Shown: positions 12,920-25,705, counted from the first letter of the stretch. The stretch is DNA of 64,000 nucleotides from Camelus ferus (GCF_009834535.1 NC_045696.1:53136001-53200000), one strand, 5' to 3'. The notes: a model not told the origin generated them from the sequence alone. A program made the numbers and translations.

Positions 12920-13475
12920 TGACATAGGATATAGACAATGCAGATGTTTATTATCTAACATAACAAGAAGGGCAGAGGTAGGGCAGGCTCCGGGGTGGCA
13001 TGTCAGATCATTGGCTTTGCTTCTCTGAGTTTCCCGACAATTCTCCTCTCTCTGTGTTGGTTCAATTCTCAGGTGCAAGGAAACTCTCTAAGAAATTCCC
13101 AGCAATTTTTTTTTCTCACATATCATTGGCCAGCATAGGGTTGTGTACAGAATAAAATATTAGTTAAGAGCAGGAAAACAAAATAGAAAAAGACGGCTTG
13201 ACTTTGAATTTTAGCATTACAACTCATGCTTGCATGTCTCTGGGCAATTACTTTATTTCTCTGTGCTTCAGATTCTGTATCTATAATATGAGGATGTCAG
13301 TACTACCTTCCTCATTGGATTGTCATGATGATTATTTGGGTTAACACAAAGCAAACACTTAGAAAGGTACCTGGCACATAATGAATGTTTAATCAGTATT
13401 AGCTATTTTAAATTCTAAACTGATCACTGAGAAGAGGAATGAAATTACTATTATTGGTTTAGATTAATTTATTAG
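12920..13475 (-). mobile_element. MLT1J/K-type MaLR LTR fragments, split by a MIR
   Basis: tttattatctaacataacaagaagggcagaggtagggcaggctcc...ctcacatatcattggccagcatagggttgtg, then after the MIR aaactgatcactgagaagaggaatgaaattactattattggtttagattaat. Confidence 0.6.
13148..13410 (+). mobile_element. MIR SINE, near full length
   Basis: tagttaagagc...ctgggcaattactttatttctctgtgcttcagattctgtatctataatatgaggatg...cacttagaaaggtacctggcacataatgaatgtttaatcagtattagctatt. Confidence 0.88.
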
Positions 13476-13971
13476 GTGGAAAAAGAGTCGCTTTACATTG
13501 AATCATGTGGGAGAATAGAAACTCTAACATAATTGAGTTATATTAGGTAGGTAACCAAGTCTGATCACTACACTCAAAGCACTAATACTCTCACTATTCC
13601 TCTTACTTTTTAATAACATCACCATGTTATCTTTCTTCCCAAATGAAAATCCATCAACTGAACTACAGGTGAATCCTATCTGATGATCTGATTTTTTTAT
13701 CTATCATTTTGAACATAGACCATATTTTTGTCAGCAAGTATTTTTTTTTAAAAATACCTGCACAACTACTTGTTACCCATGATATCACTGAAATAGGACT
13801 TCGTTCTAGCCTTGAGTCATGTGAAGTTGGCTGTAGCATCTCTGAGCCCAAAGGGTCTAGAACCTCTGAACCCACTTTCCTCTAAGGAACTGTTCCATTG
13901 GTCCTAGTAAGATAAGGTGACATCATAAAGGAAGTACTAGAGGTAGAAGTAGAAGGAGCAGGTGGAGAAGA

Positions 13972-14090
13972 GGCTCCTAGATGGGAGGGGCAGAGATTAT
14001 TTATCAGTATTTCTTTGGAGTTTAACACAGTGCCCAGGGCATTGCAGTTCCTCAAAAAATGGCCGATGAACAAAGGAGAGAATGAATGCT
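13972..14090 (+). mobile_element. L2 3' terminus
   Basis: gctcctagatgggaggggcagagatt...taacacagtgcccagggcattgcagttcctcaaaaaatggccgatgaa...gaatgaatg. Confidence 0.6.
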
Positions 14091-14134
14091 CATGTGTGGA
14101 TTCTTTATGAGGAGAGCATGTATTCACTCAAAAA

Positions 14135-14290
14135 ACACTTTATTTACATACAAAAATAAATTTATTTGGTATACAGTTCTATTAATTTTGGAAAATGCAT
14201 ACAGTCATGTAACTGCCAATACAATAAAGACAGAATAGTTTCATCCTACAGTCCCCCTCAATTTATTTTATAAGCAACAATTGATCTTCT
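14135..14290 (-). mobile_element. old L1 (L1MB/L1MC) 3' end fragment
   Basis: tatacagttctattaattttggaaaatgcatacagtcatgtaactgccaatacaataaagacagaatagtttcatc. Confidence 0.7.
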
Positions 14291-16140
14291 ACATCATTGT
14301 CAGGTACAGGTATAGGCTGGTAAACAAAGACAAGACCTCCGATGATGTAGCGGTTGTAGCTGGCTGTTTGAATGTCCCCAGTCCTACATAACTTGATGGC
14401 AAAAGGTTTAAAATTTCCCCATACAGAACAGGTGAGAAGTAAACCTCGATGTTTATTAGCAATTCCACTGTCTTAAGGTTTTTCTTTCAAATTTTGTTGA
14501 AAGCTCTTAAGTTCTTTTAAGCTAATTATCATTGTCTCTAACTTCTGCTAGGTGTAAGAATATTCATAGGAACCAGATATAAATATCTGGAATTTGTTAC
14601 TGGGGCTTTCAGATCAACTGTATTTATATTTTGCTTAAGCTTTTAACAGAGAAGAGAAAATGCAGTGGGGATAAAGGATAAAGGCAACTTCACACATAAG
14701 TTTAAGAGCATTTGAAAACTCCCAAGGAGGATGGTAGCAATATTAAGGCGAGGATATGGGATAGAAATGTAAGCCCCTAGTTACTCTCCATCATTCTCTC
14801 AAGCAGGTCCGCTTCTAGAATCATTAGGGTTATCGATGTTGTGAGTCGTGATTCAAGCTTTGCCTAACAACCCGAAAGTGAGGATCAGTTTACTTATACC
14901 GGCATTGCTGAGTGAAGCGTTTCTTCCCCTCCACGCCCCACTTTACGAGAGGAGACAGGACAAAATCTCCACACCTACAGTCACCACTGGAAAATAGTGA
15001 GAGAAATGATTGTAGGAGAGAAAAGATTTCCACCTTCTCAAATAAGATAGAAAGAGTGAAATAAACTGTCAATAGTGCAAAAATCTTAGCATCTACTTCT
15101 TTCAATAGGCATGCATTTTATGTTAGTTAAAAGAGGCAGGTCAGCTGTCCTAAACATTGGTTAAGTAGAGGAAGGCCCTGTTTGGGAAAATCCCACAATA
15201 TTTATTTTAATTGCTTCTCCTAACTTTGGAGTAACAGAGTGTGATATATATACTGTGGTCTTTTCAGTGCATCAATTAAATGGCTAAACACTGATCAGCG
15301 TGTAGATAATAAAGATCCATTAGAAAGACATTAACAGTAAGTCTAGAATTTACAGTCCTGTGCCAAATGTCCGCTAAGAACTCAAGAGTTAAAAGACAGA
15401 TAAGCTATTTGCCATTACCTTCTATGACCACTTTCTTTACAGCAGGAAGAGGACTATTTAATCTTAAAGATGGAAATCTCTCTGTCTTTCTGTCTGTCTC
15501 TATACCTCTCTCTCTGATGTGTATGTTTTTGATCTATCATCAAATATTTTGAAAACCTAGAAATTGGATTATTGAGTTATAAAAGAAGTTTAAAGGCAAG
15601 TTTTTTAATTAAAGGTAAAGATAGAGTTTATGTAACAGTTGATGTTATGGCTGGCATGATAGATGAAACAGAGAAAGAGGGAGAAACATTTTCTTTTTCG
15701 TAACCATAGGAAAAGTAATCTCTGGTTTTTCTTGCCTTCTTCCTCTCCTTCCATCTTTCTTTGTTCCGAAGATGCATTTCACACAGTTACATTGTTATTG
15801 GACAATCTATTTTCTACCCCTTTTGAAAAAGTATCTGCACTTTGATTAAACAGTTTTTGGTCCTCACATTCCCATACTTTCAACTCTGACAGTTTAATTT
15901 CCAGACTCAGAACTTTCCCAAATCAGAAAATGCCAGGTTGTACATTGTCACAGGTAAAAATCAAAGTAGTCTCATTTCTTTCCAAAGGCTGTATAGCTGC
16001 CTTTGGACATATTTAATATTATTACTCAAAAGATTATTTCTTACAGCTTATGGCTGCAGTACGTATGAGCTACCACTGCAATTAGTTCTTATAAACTTCC
16101 CAAGACAACAATAACAACCAACATTGTTATGACTATTGGT

Positions 16141-16415
16141 AATGATACCTTGCATTTATATGGCACCTTTTATTTGAGCTGATCCCTAAATATTCTACAA
16201 GCCATATTCTTGGGTATTAACTCCCCACCTTCAGTTTGCAGCCACCTTAGGGTAAAAAGTAATAGCTGTTTAGTATAGCACTGGCCCACAAAACAACACA
16301 TTAAGACAATCATTCTCTCTTCAAATCTTCAAGGGGATTTTATAATAATAGCAATCATAATAGCTGTCTTTTATTATGCTCATTCTTTTGCCCTACTCAT
16401 AGAACAGAGGCATTA
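16141..16415 (-). mobile_element. AmnSINE1-like (Deu-family SINE) fragment: 3' tail and part of the central domain
   Basis: Ordered motifs match the reverse complement of AmnSINE1 as I recall it: ttgcatttatatggcacctttt...gatccctaaa...tacaa, tgcagccaccttagggt, gctgttta...agcac, caaggggatttta, ccctactc. Confidence 0.6.
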
Positions 16416-16599
16416 TTCGGTAAAGAAAACAAGATAACTTCATTAAAAAGCATCAAAAGAATACTCTATGAAATTACTGGCCATCAAATCCAGTCATATT
16501 CCATTTTTGTCCCTTCTCCTTCACTTCCACAAGCAGTGATAATGAGCAACTTATTACATCATAGGGGGATTTTGGGGTCCAACTTTCTCATCTTTCTGC

Positions 16600-17163
16600 T
16601 CCTTCTCTACATATAGCTAAGTCTATTTCAAATACAATATTCACTTCATTCAAATCATGTAGAGTGGCTCCCCGCTGTCTATCATATCATATACAAGCTC
16701 TACCAATTCCCTTTCCAAATTGCCCATCCACCTCTCTCTTTTTCATTATTGTCTTTGAATTTGACTATATATATCTCCCTTTGCTTAACCCAGTCCCCAT
16801 CACCTGGTCTTATTTTTTTGTATCTCATCTTTTTGCGTTGGCTAATGCCACCCGTCCTCTGTCCCTCTTCCAAATGGCTTCTCCATCAATGTAAGGACAA
16901 GTCTAGACTCCAAGAATTCTTCCTTAATAAATAAATTCACCACTGGAACTTTAGCTTATGTGATGATATTTTCTCATAATGTGTCAAAATTGTCCCAAAA
17001 CATATGAGATTACCATTCTCCAGATAATTTTTAGGTCTCCTCCATCAGACTATTATGCTCTGCAAGGCCAAGGATATATCCTCCTATTTCTTTGACTCCA
17101 CCAAAGCATTTGGATCAATCCTGGGAAGCCGGGGAATACTCAATAAATACTGATTAAATGACT
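16600..17163 (+). mobile_element. L2 LINE 3' region (degenerate)
   Basis: gtggctccccgctgtctatcatatcatatacaagctc...ctcctccatcagactattatgctctgcaaggccaaggat...atactcaataaatactgattaaatgact. Confidence 0.65.
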
Positions 17164-17741
17164 GTAGGAGAGGTATATGACCAAGGAATATGAGGAGGAA
17201 ACAGATTTGCGACAGCACTCATGCATGACCAAACAGAATCCCATATGCACACATCTTAGAATCATGCCCTTTACTTTGGGGTGGGAGTGGGGAGGCTGGG
17301 TCAAAGGTGGTGTCCTAGAGGTGCAAGCAGACATCTTTGCATGATGGCTCACAATGAAGGCATTTCTGTGCTAAGAGGCAGAGCCAAGTTTCCTGGCGCT
17401 TTAAGTTCAATGCAAAGAACATTGTGCTAATGGTTACAGTAAATCCAATGAAAGCTCAAATTGAAAGATGTAAAAGCCTAACTTCCAAAGGCAGACTTAC
17501 TTTTTTGTTTATAAAATTGCACCTTTGTGCAATAACACAGAATCATAAAAATGGAGAGGTAGAAGGAGCTTAGAGGTCGCCTGGTTTAACACTTTACGGG
17601 GTGCATACATTTCTGATATAATATTCTTGTGAAAAATAGTTCTCCACCGTGATAAAGCTTGGCCTGAGGCTAAAAAAACCTGCAATATTTCAATCACTTT
17701 CCTCACCAGTAGAGTCAAAAATGGAGAAATAAAATAACTGG

Positions 17742-17860
17742 TATTTTCAGACATAATTATTGAGTACCCTATATGTGCAAATAATTGCACTAGAAGCAGT
17801 AGGAGATGGAGCAATTCACAGATGGATGAGAGATAACCTTTGCCCTCAAAGAGTTAGGAA
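17742..17860 (-). mobile_element. L2 3' end fragment
   Basis: ttattgagtaccctatatgtgcaaataattgcactagaagc...ctttgccctcaaagagtt. Confidence 0.6.
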
Positions 17861-18188
17861 GGCAAAAGTCTGCAGAAAAAATGCACAAGAAGAAAATGAA
17901 AGAAATACTAAAGCACAGGAGTAGTACAGAAGTAATCATTCTATGTTTAAAATTGGAACACAATGCATCATTGACAAAAATTGTTGAATATCTAAGAACA
18001 ATTAGCACCATGTCATGATCATGCCCAGTCTCAATACATATACTGCCATGATTTTACCTGTCAAATTAATGAAGGAGGCACCAAAAAACCAACCAAGCAA
18101 ACAAATAACCCATCAAATAAGGAAGCAAAGTCTCTTCCTCAGTGTCAGAAATGATGGATACCAAAATGTAATCCTACTAGATCATAAG

Positions 18189-18530
18189 TGGTAACTAAGT
18201 CCATTCAGGTTCAGGCTGCTGTAACAAAATACCAGTGACTGTGTGGCTTATACACAATAGAAATGTATTTCTCACAGCTGTGCAGGCTGGACGTCCAAGA
18301 TCAGGGTGTCAGCATGGTCGGCTGAGGGCCCTCTTTCAGACTGCAGACTTCTCCTTGTATCCTCACACTGAGGAAGGGACTCGGAATCTGTCTGGGGGTC
18401 TCTTTCATAAGGGTACTAATCCCATTCCCACCAACTGCCACGCAAAGGCCCTGACTACTAATGGCATCACGTTTGTGAATTAGGATTTTAACACAGGAAT
18501 TCTGGGGAGACACAGATCCTCACTACAGCA
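18189..18530 (-). mobile_element. MLT1A/MLT1A0 MaLR solo LTR
   Basis: caggctgctgtaacaaaatacca...tatttctcacagctgtgcaggctggacgtccaagatcagggtgtcagcatggtcgg...tctttcataagggtactaatcccatt...gaattctggggagacaca...tacagca matches antisense MLT1A. Confidence 0.9.
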
Positions 18531-19714
18531 GGAATCATGGGTAATTTTGTTGTATGCTGGAAGTAGTTAGAACTAGCAATATATCTAATATATGGCACAT
18601 AGAAGAAGTAAATACTAGTTGAATCTTGAACCATATGATGAGGAGGAAGGGAATGTGAAACAAAGCAATAACATTCTGCCTCCATAAGTGACTTTCAGAT
18701 GGGATGAGTATTAAAAAAAAGTGAGAAATGGGTATCAAAAGCTTCTAATATTTGAAGGATTATTTAAGGTTAGTATCAGTTTTCCATATCTTTGTATTTG
18801 TCCCCTAATATGGTTGATTTCACTTTTTTCATTTCTTCAGTTTATTTATTTATTTCTAGAACTGAAGTGAATTTTTAATGCAATGAAATTGATTTCATTT
18901 TTTTAACCTTTGGAAATTTTGTTGTTTTGTGAATGCTGTTTTCCAAAGTAAAAATTTGCTTGGAATCCAAGTTATAAAAAATAACAAAAGCAAAGTTGGC
19001 AAAAATTGTAGTTTTTTTTTTTTTTTATTAGGAAACGTCTTTAGAAGTACTTTACATGCTGAGAGTCATTGGGACCTGCTTTAAAAGCCACTGCCTCGAA
19101 AGCTTTGAGAAGTACACTGCAGTTCCCAGACACAGTGTTGGGCACCTGTGTTGCCGCTGTGTCGGGAGCACTGATTGTAGGAAAGGACAGTAATTCCCAA
19201 GGCTGACACTTCTGAATTGTAGTATGTCTCAGAGATTTAGGGTAAAGAATGTTTGGATCCCACGTTTTATAAGTGACAAGAGGAACTTGTCCAAAATCAA
19301 AGGGGAGATACCTCACTCTGATCAAAGTTAACAGGAATCCATATAGTATAAAGAATATACACGTAATAAATCTCTCACAGGGCAGGCATGACATAGCCCT
19401 CTTGAGATTCAATAATTGTAAAATAGATCTGAAAGTTTTTACAATGTAGCCAAGGGGGTTTGCGTATATTTTACAATATGAAATACTACATTATGAACAA
19501 GATCAGGAGCAAGTGTAAATAAAAAAGGGATGTTTGAAAAAAATTTTAAAGTTTCTTCAGAATCATTCAGGGATGAGAAGTATAACAGATCTCATCAAAG
19601 GATTTTGTAAAAATTCATTTCTCAGGGAGAAAAAAAGGGGGGTGGTAGTGATAATTTTATCAGTTTTTCTAATGGCCTAGATGAGATCACTCTCAAAATC
19701 ACTAAAAGTAGTTA

Positions 19715-20200
19715 CCCATTCATTCAGCACCTACTGAGCACGTACTATGTGAAAACTGAAATTGCATCCTACTTTTTCTAGGAATGCGGAAATTGATAAA
19801 TGCCTCCAACTTGTGGGAGTTCACAATCTACAAAGAGAGGATAACGCTTCCATAACATAGCTACTAGGATGCATGGCAAATCATGCTAGGTTTTATCAGG
19901 GAAATTGGAGTTAAATCAATGGAGTTTTGAATGAAGGAGAGAGGAGTTTAGATTTTACATGAAAAAACACTGAAAGCAGGGTAAGTACATAGCGACATCT
20001 GTCTTTAAGGGCACTCATTCTGATAGTCCTGTGCGTATGTTGTGTGTTAATGGGAATTTGCACGTACTGCACGTGCATATACATGCATGCAGAAAGGCAG
20101 AGGTCAGAGCAGGCAGATCAGCTGGGAGGTGATTATACATTTGGGTCTTATTATCTAAACCAGGGAAATGGTAGAGGATGGATTAGGGGTGCATCCTATG
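19715..20200 (-). mobile_element. L2 LINE fragments
   Basis: cattcattcagcacctactgagcacgtactatgtg...tgggagttcacaatcta..., then purine-rich antisense L2 body. Confidence 0.6.
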
Positions 20201-21354
20201 AATGCTAAGAAGGATTATGGTGAATATAGGTTAACAGATATTCTGCTGGCCTAAAGAAGGCTACCAATGAAAAGGAACATGTTCTTGGTACTTGGGAGCC
20301 CAAGATAAACCAAATCTATTTCTCTTCTGACTGTCTCTCTTAGCCTTCAAAATAGGTAATGACAAAAACAAATTTAAAAATTAAACAAATTTAAAGATAT
20401 TAAGGAGGCATTTTGGGATAAAACTGCAAGTTCTCTCTTGATAAAAACCTTCTACCTGAAGCTCCTTCAAATGCAATCTGGTCTTAACTGTCTTTGCTTT
20501 CCACTCTTCTCCTCCTGAAGTAGTCTGAATCCCTGGGGTTCTATCAGATTGAGTTTCAATCATTTCATAGTTCGTGAAAAGATGTTGCATCTCAGGGCCT
20601 CTGTACAGGTCTCAGCTACTCAATTTCTAAAACTTAAAAAAAAAAAAGTGCCTGTGGACAGCAGTGGCCTCCTCTCATTTTCTGAAGAATGACCCTGATG
20701 CTTGCATCCTAGCCTCAATTTCTCCAAGAGTATAGTCAAAGAGGTTGAAAACAAAGACTCACAGATGAAGGCTTCTTCCTGCCTGCTCCTGATGCTTTAG
20801 GCTGCAACCTCATTTCCCACAAACCGCAACAACCTTTGCAGTACATCTCCTGGAGACAATTTCATCTGTAATCACTTCCTCACATAATTCCTCAGCTCAG
20901 CAAACAAATACACTAGGAAGATCACTGGGGTGCATAACTTCTGTACTTACGCACCTCCCAGGAGAAAACTCTGTCTATGCTTGATACCTGAGGACTGAAC
21001 AGGAAATTTCAGTAGATGGAAGAGGTTAGAGAGGGAAAAATTGATTAGATGAACATGCTTGATGGCCCCCAAGGATACTAATGTCAGAAAAAATGTGATA
21101 AAATTATATCTAACCAATTATGACTAGAAAAAATACTTTTGACCGCTCAGTTTCTTTGTTGATTATTTTTTAAATAGCATGTTTGCACTTGACCAAAGAA
21201 ATAGTATCTAAGTACATGTATATTTATAAAGACATTATTACAAACAGCTTGGGCTCAGATCTTGAGATGTGTACTCATTTTCAGTCAACCATTTTTTCAT
21301 ATGACAAATGTTTTTTAAGATTATAGCTAATAATTAGTCCCGAGGGCACTAGCA

Positions 21355-21560
21355 GGATACGTACAATGAACGGATGCTGGGTACCATGCTTTTCTGGGGG
21401 ACATGTCCCTGGATTAGATGGACATAGTCCCTGCCCTTGAGGAACTTGGAACTCACTTGGAGTAGAAGCCAGACATAAAACAAATAACTGCTTAAATGAA
21501 CACAAGATTACAACTACAGTAAGGGAAAGACAGGCAACAAACAAGATGCTATGTGAGCTA
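21355..21560 (-). mobile_element. L2 LINE fragment
   Basis: gacatagtccctgcccttgaggaacttgga...agccagacataaaacaaataact...gatgctatgtgagc. Confidence 0.7.
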
Positions 21561-22769
21561 ATTACCAAACTGGAAGATACGAAGATTTGGGTATTTAGAT
21601 TGCTTGTCCCAGATGTTTTGTATTTTCATACTTCTCTTAAAAGTTAAAGAATTAAATATGGTGCTAAACTAGTTCAATATATACCTTGCTAAGAAAAGAG
21701 CTGTTCCATAGGGAAGGCTTCTGGGAGGGCAATTAACATGGGTGGTGTAACTTGAGATTGCTTTCAGCGAGTACAGCAAACAAATGGTCACAAAATCCCC
21801 TTAGGATGTAATAAGTTACTCATCGTCATGGTTGAGGAAGTAAAGGAGAAGAAGTAAATAAATACGAAAAAGGATGGGATTTGATGACCAATAGTTTTAT
21901 GGGCTAATTCTTTTGGTACCTATAAAAGTTATCATGTTTTTGTTACTGAATTATGCTCTGGTATGTAAGTAGGGCAAAGCAACCAGCATAATAAAATGCG
22001 TAACTATTATGATCACTATTATTATAAATCCCTTTAAAGACCTGAGAGAGAATAATGTGTCAACGCGCTGTTTTCACTCTTTACACCGAAAGTTTATTAA
22101 TTATTCACTCTTTGCCCCAAAGGTGGCTGTATCCTGAAGATGGGCGAAGGGATTCTATCAGTACCATTTGTAGAATATTGAGAGATTTTCTCAAACAAAA
22201 GACAGCAAATGGTTGCTGCTGAAAATCAGAACAGTTCTAGACACATTTCACGGTGTTTTGTACTCCAAATAATTATTTAAACTTTTTGTCTGACATTTAT
22301 GTAGATGTTTCCTAGTTAGTCTACTTCATTCAGTTATAACTTATCAGTAAAAATTAGAACACTGCCCAATAACTCAAGCACCCTTATTTGAATCATTATT
22401 TTTAACCTTCTTTGGTTCCTGCTTTCACTAGAGCTGTGCTAAAGTAGTTACAAAGGACAGATTTCCAACCCAAAGTGAAAGGTGCTATTCAACACATAGT
22501 TCATCAGTTGTCAGCCTCAAATGTAAAAGTTCATGCAAGGGACACTGGTAATGAGTTTTGAACTGGCACAATTGTTGTTAAAATATATGATTTAATGTCC
22601 ACATAGAAAGTTTATGTCTGTAATGACTTGCAACATACCACATGCACCTCCTCAGTTCCCTAAGCATGCCCATCATTCACAGACTCAAAACCCCTTGCAA
22701 ATAGTATTGCATAATGATGGCATCAGTATAACTGATGCAAAGTGAAGACATTAGCATACTCCTAAATGC

Positions 22770-22925
22770 TTGGCATTTGTATTCCCCTCTTACTTTCACA
22801 GAGCATTTTCAGACAAATTGTTTTTACTACTCATCACAATATACTGAGGCAGATAGCCATTGTTGTTCATACACCAGACTCCCGAAGTCATAGCCATTGT
22901 GAACCAAGACTGTGATTTCCTGCCT
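22770..22925 (-). mobile_element. degenerate MIR fragment
   Basis: gcatttgtatt...ttactttcacagagcattttcagaca...ctcatcacaatatactgaggcagatag. Confidence 0.45.
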
Positions 22926-22941
22926 ATGTATCTGCTTTCCT

Positions 22942-24752
22942 AAGAAGGTAAGAATATAGAACAGGGGAAAGATGGCTTCTTCAATAAATGATGTTGGGAA
23001 AACCACACAGGTGTATGCAAAAGAATCAAACTAGACTTACGCACACCATATTAAAAAAATGTCAGATTGATTAAAGACTTAAATGAAAGACTTGAAACTA
23101 TAAAACTTCTAGAAGAAAACATATGCAATACACACTTTGACATTGGTCTTAGCATTATTTTTTTGGCTATGTCTCCGCAGGCAAGGGAAACAAAAGCAAA
23201 AATAAACAAATGGGACTATATAAAACTAAAGAGCTTTTGCACAGCAAAGGAAAACTATCAACAAAAGGAAAACACCTCCTACTGAATGGGAGAAGATATT
23301 TGGAAACAATATGCCTGATAAGGGGTTGATATTCAAAATGCACAAAGAACTCACACAACTCAATATCAAAAACAAACAAACAACCCAATATAAAAATGTG
23401 CAGAGGACCTGAATAGACATTTTTCCAAAAAAGACATACAGATGGCCAACAGATACTCAGTATCACTCATCATCAGGGTCATGCCAACCAACACCGCAGT
23501 GAAATACCACTTCACACCTGCCAGAATGGCTATCCGTAGAAAGATAACAAATAACAAGTGTTGGTGAGGATGTGGAGAAAAGAGAACCCTCAGGCACTGT
23601 AGGTGGGAAAGTAAACTGGTGCAGCCACTATTAAAAACAGTATAGAGGTTCCTCAAAAAATTAAAAATAGAACTCCCATATGATCTATCAATTGCACTTC
23701 TGGGTATTTTTCCAAAGAAAACAAAGACACAAATCAAACAAAAACCAATTCAAAGAGATATATGCACCCTTGCATTCACTGCAGCATTATTCACTAGAGC
23801 CATGATATAGAAGCAACCTCAGTGCTCATGGATAGATGAATAGATAAAGAAGATGTGGTATGTATATATATATATATATGTATATACAATGTAATATTAC
23901 TCAACCAAAAAATAATGAAATGTTGCTATTTGCAGCAACATGCATAGACTTGGAGGGCATTATGCTAAGTGAAATAAATCAGACAGACAAAGACTAATAC
24001 TGTATGATTTCACTTATCTGTAGAATATTAAAAAAATAACAACAAATGAGCAAACAACACAAAACAGAAAATTAGTCATAGATGCAGAGAACAGATAGTT
24101 GCCAGAAGGGAGGAGGATGGGGTAATAAGCGAAATAGATGAGGAAAACTAAGAGGAAAAACTTCAATGAGTCACGAGGATGAAATGTAAAGCATGGGGAA
24201 TGTAGTCAACAATAATGCAATATGTCTGTATGCAGTACGGTGACAGATGGTAACTAGACTTACCGTGATGATCATTTTGTAGTGTATAGAAATATCGAAT
24301 CACTATGTTGTGTGCCAGGAACCAACATAGTATTGTAGGTCAATTATGCTACAAACAACAAACAAACTCAAAGGAAAAAAAGATCAGATTTGTGGTACCA
24401 GAGCCAGGGAGTGGGATGAGGAAGAATTGGATGAAGGTAGTCAACAGGTACAAACTTCCAGTTATAAGGTACATAAAAGAATGTATTGCACAACATGATT
24501 AGTATAATTAACACTGCTGCATATTACATACCAAAGTTGTTAAAAGAGTAAATCCTAAGAGTTTTCATCACAAAGGAAAATATTTTTAAATTTTTTTCTT
24601 TTATTTTCTATCTATATAAGGTGATGGATGCTTACTACGATCATTGTAGTAATCATTTCATGTTGTATATAAGTCAAATAATTATGCTGTATACCTTACA
24701 GCTTATACAGTGCTGTAAGTCAATTGTATCTCAATAAAACTGGAAAGAAAAA
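22942..24752 (+). mobile_element. 5'-truncated L1 (Laurasiatherian, L1MA9/L1_Carn-like): ORF2 C-terminus plus 3' UTR
   Basis: ORF 23067-23285 ([18 protein letters not shown]...[20 protein letters not shown]) is L1 ORF2. A C-terminal region follows (tgttggtgaggatgtggagaaa...cactgtaggtggg), then a 3' UTR ending tcaataaaactggaaagaaaaaa. Frameshifts and stops are present. Confidence 0.95.
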
Positions 24753-24755
24753 ACA

Positions 24756-24892
24756 CTTAGATTTACAGATCCTACCACAGACTTCCCAAATGAAAGTCTC
24801 CTTGTGTGGGACCTAGGGATCTATATTTGTGTAAAGTTCCCCCAGGTGTCTGTGTTTTAGTCTATGCAATGATTGTATTTAGGAACCATTGT
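24756..24892 (+). mobile_element. MER5-type hAT-Charlie fragment
   Basis: gtgggacctagggatctatatttgtgtaaagttccccccaggtg...tttaggaaccattg. Confidence 0.55.
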
Positions 24893-25019
24893 TGTGGAAT
24901 AGTCATGGGAAAAAATGAAATATAAGTTATAAATTTTATTAAAAATGAGTAGACCATGTGTTTCAGCTTCAGTGAGAATTGCCATCCTGCTCTGCATAGG
25001 TAGGACCCAAATGTGTTTT

Positions 25020-25205
25020 ATTTGAAATTTATTTTTCCCATGGAAATAACCTGGTAGATACTAGTCAACTCCAAGAACATTCAATGAAACCTCTGTAGCC
25101 AGTGATGTAGTCAAACACCAGTGCCATGAGTTATACTTCAGTTATTCCTTAAGTTCTTTTCATAAAATGTATTTTCTGCAGGAAAAGAGATACCACCTTC
25201 TAGGA
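25020..25205. mobile_element. probable Tigger (TcMar) MITE fragment
   Basis: ttttcccatggaaataa... and ttctttt cataaaatgtattttctgcaggaaaag recall old Tigger13/14-type elements; subfamily not certain. Confidence 0.4.
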
Positions 25206-25258
25206 ATTAATTGCCTCATATATTTGTTCATTAAAACATTCTATTTAAAAGACTTCAT

Positions 25259-25705
25259 ATAAGTCAGAAGGAGAAAGAAAAATACCATATGATATCACTT
25301 ATATGTGTAATCAAAAAAAAAAAAAAAGAAAAGAAAAAAGAGGACACCAGTGAAAACAAGTAATTCGAGTAAAGTATCTTAAGTGCTATGACACATAGTA
25401 AACAATCTTATGGTTACTGGGGGAAAGGGGGTCAGAAGGGATAGATTTGGAAGTTTGAGATTTGAAAATGTTAGCCACTATATATAAAAATAGATAAAAA
25501 CAAGTTTCTTCTGTATAGCACAGGGAACTATATTCAATATTTTATAATAACCTTAAATGAAAAAGAACATGAAAACAAATATATGTATGTATATGCATGA
25601 CTGGGACATTCTGCTGTACACTAGAAATTGACACACTGTAACTGACTGTACTTCAATAAATAAATATATAAAATTAAATAAAATAAAAAATTAAGTGCTA
25701 TGACA
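25259..25705 (+). mobile_element. young L1 3' UTR insertion in two pieces, with 15-bp target-site duplication
   Basis: L1 pieces at ~25259-25354 and ~25394-25690 (A-rich tail). The direct repeat ttaagtgctatgaca lies at 25379-25393 and 25691-25705. Confidence 0.9.

Noticed and set aside
18235..18513. ORFs within the MLT1A LTR (likewise 57245-57427 in MLT1C and 39614-39912 in LTR33)
   Set aside because: They lie entirely inside non-coding solo LTRs.
23067..23737. ORFs 23067-23285 (+) and the overlapping minus-strand ORFs as host genes
   Set aside because: They are a frameshifted L1 ORF2 remnant and its antisense frames.
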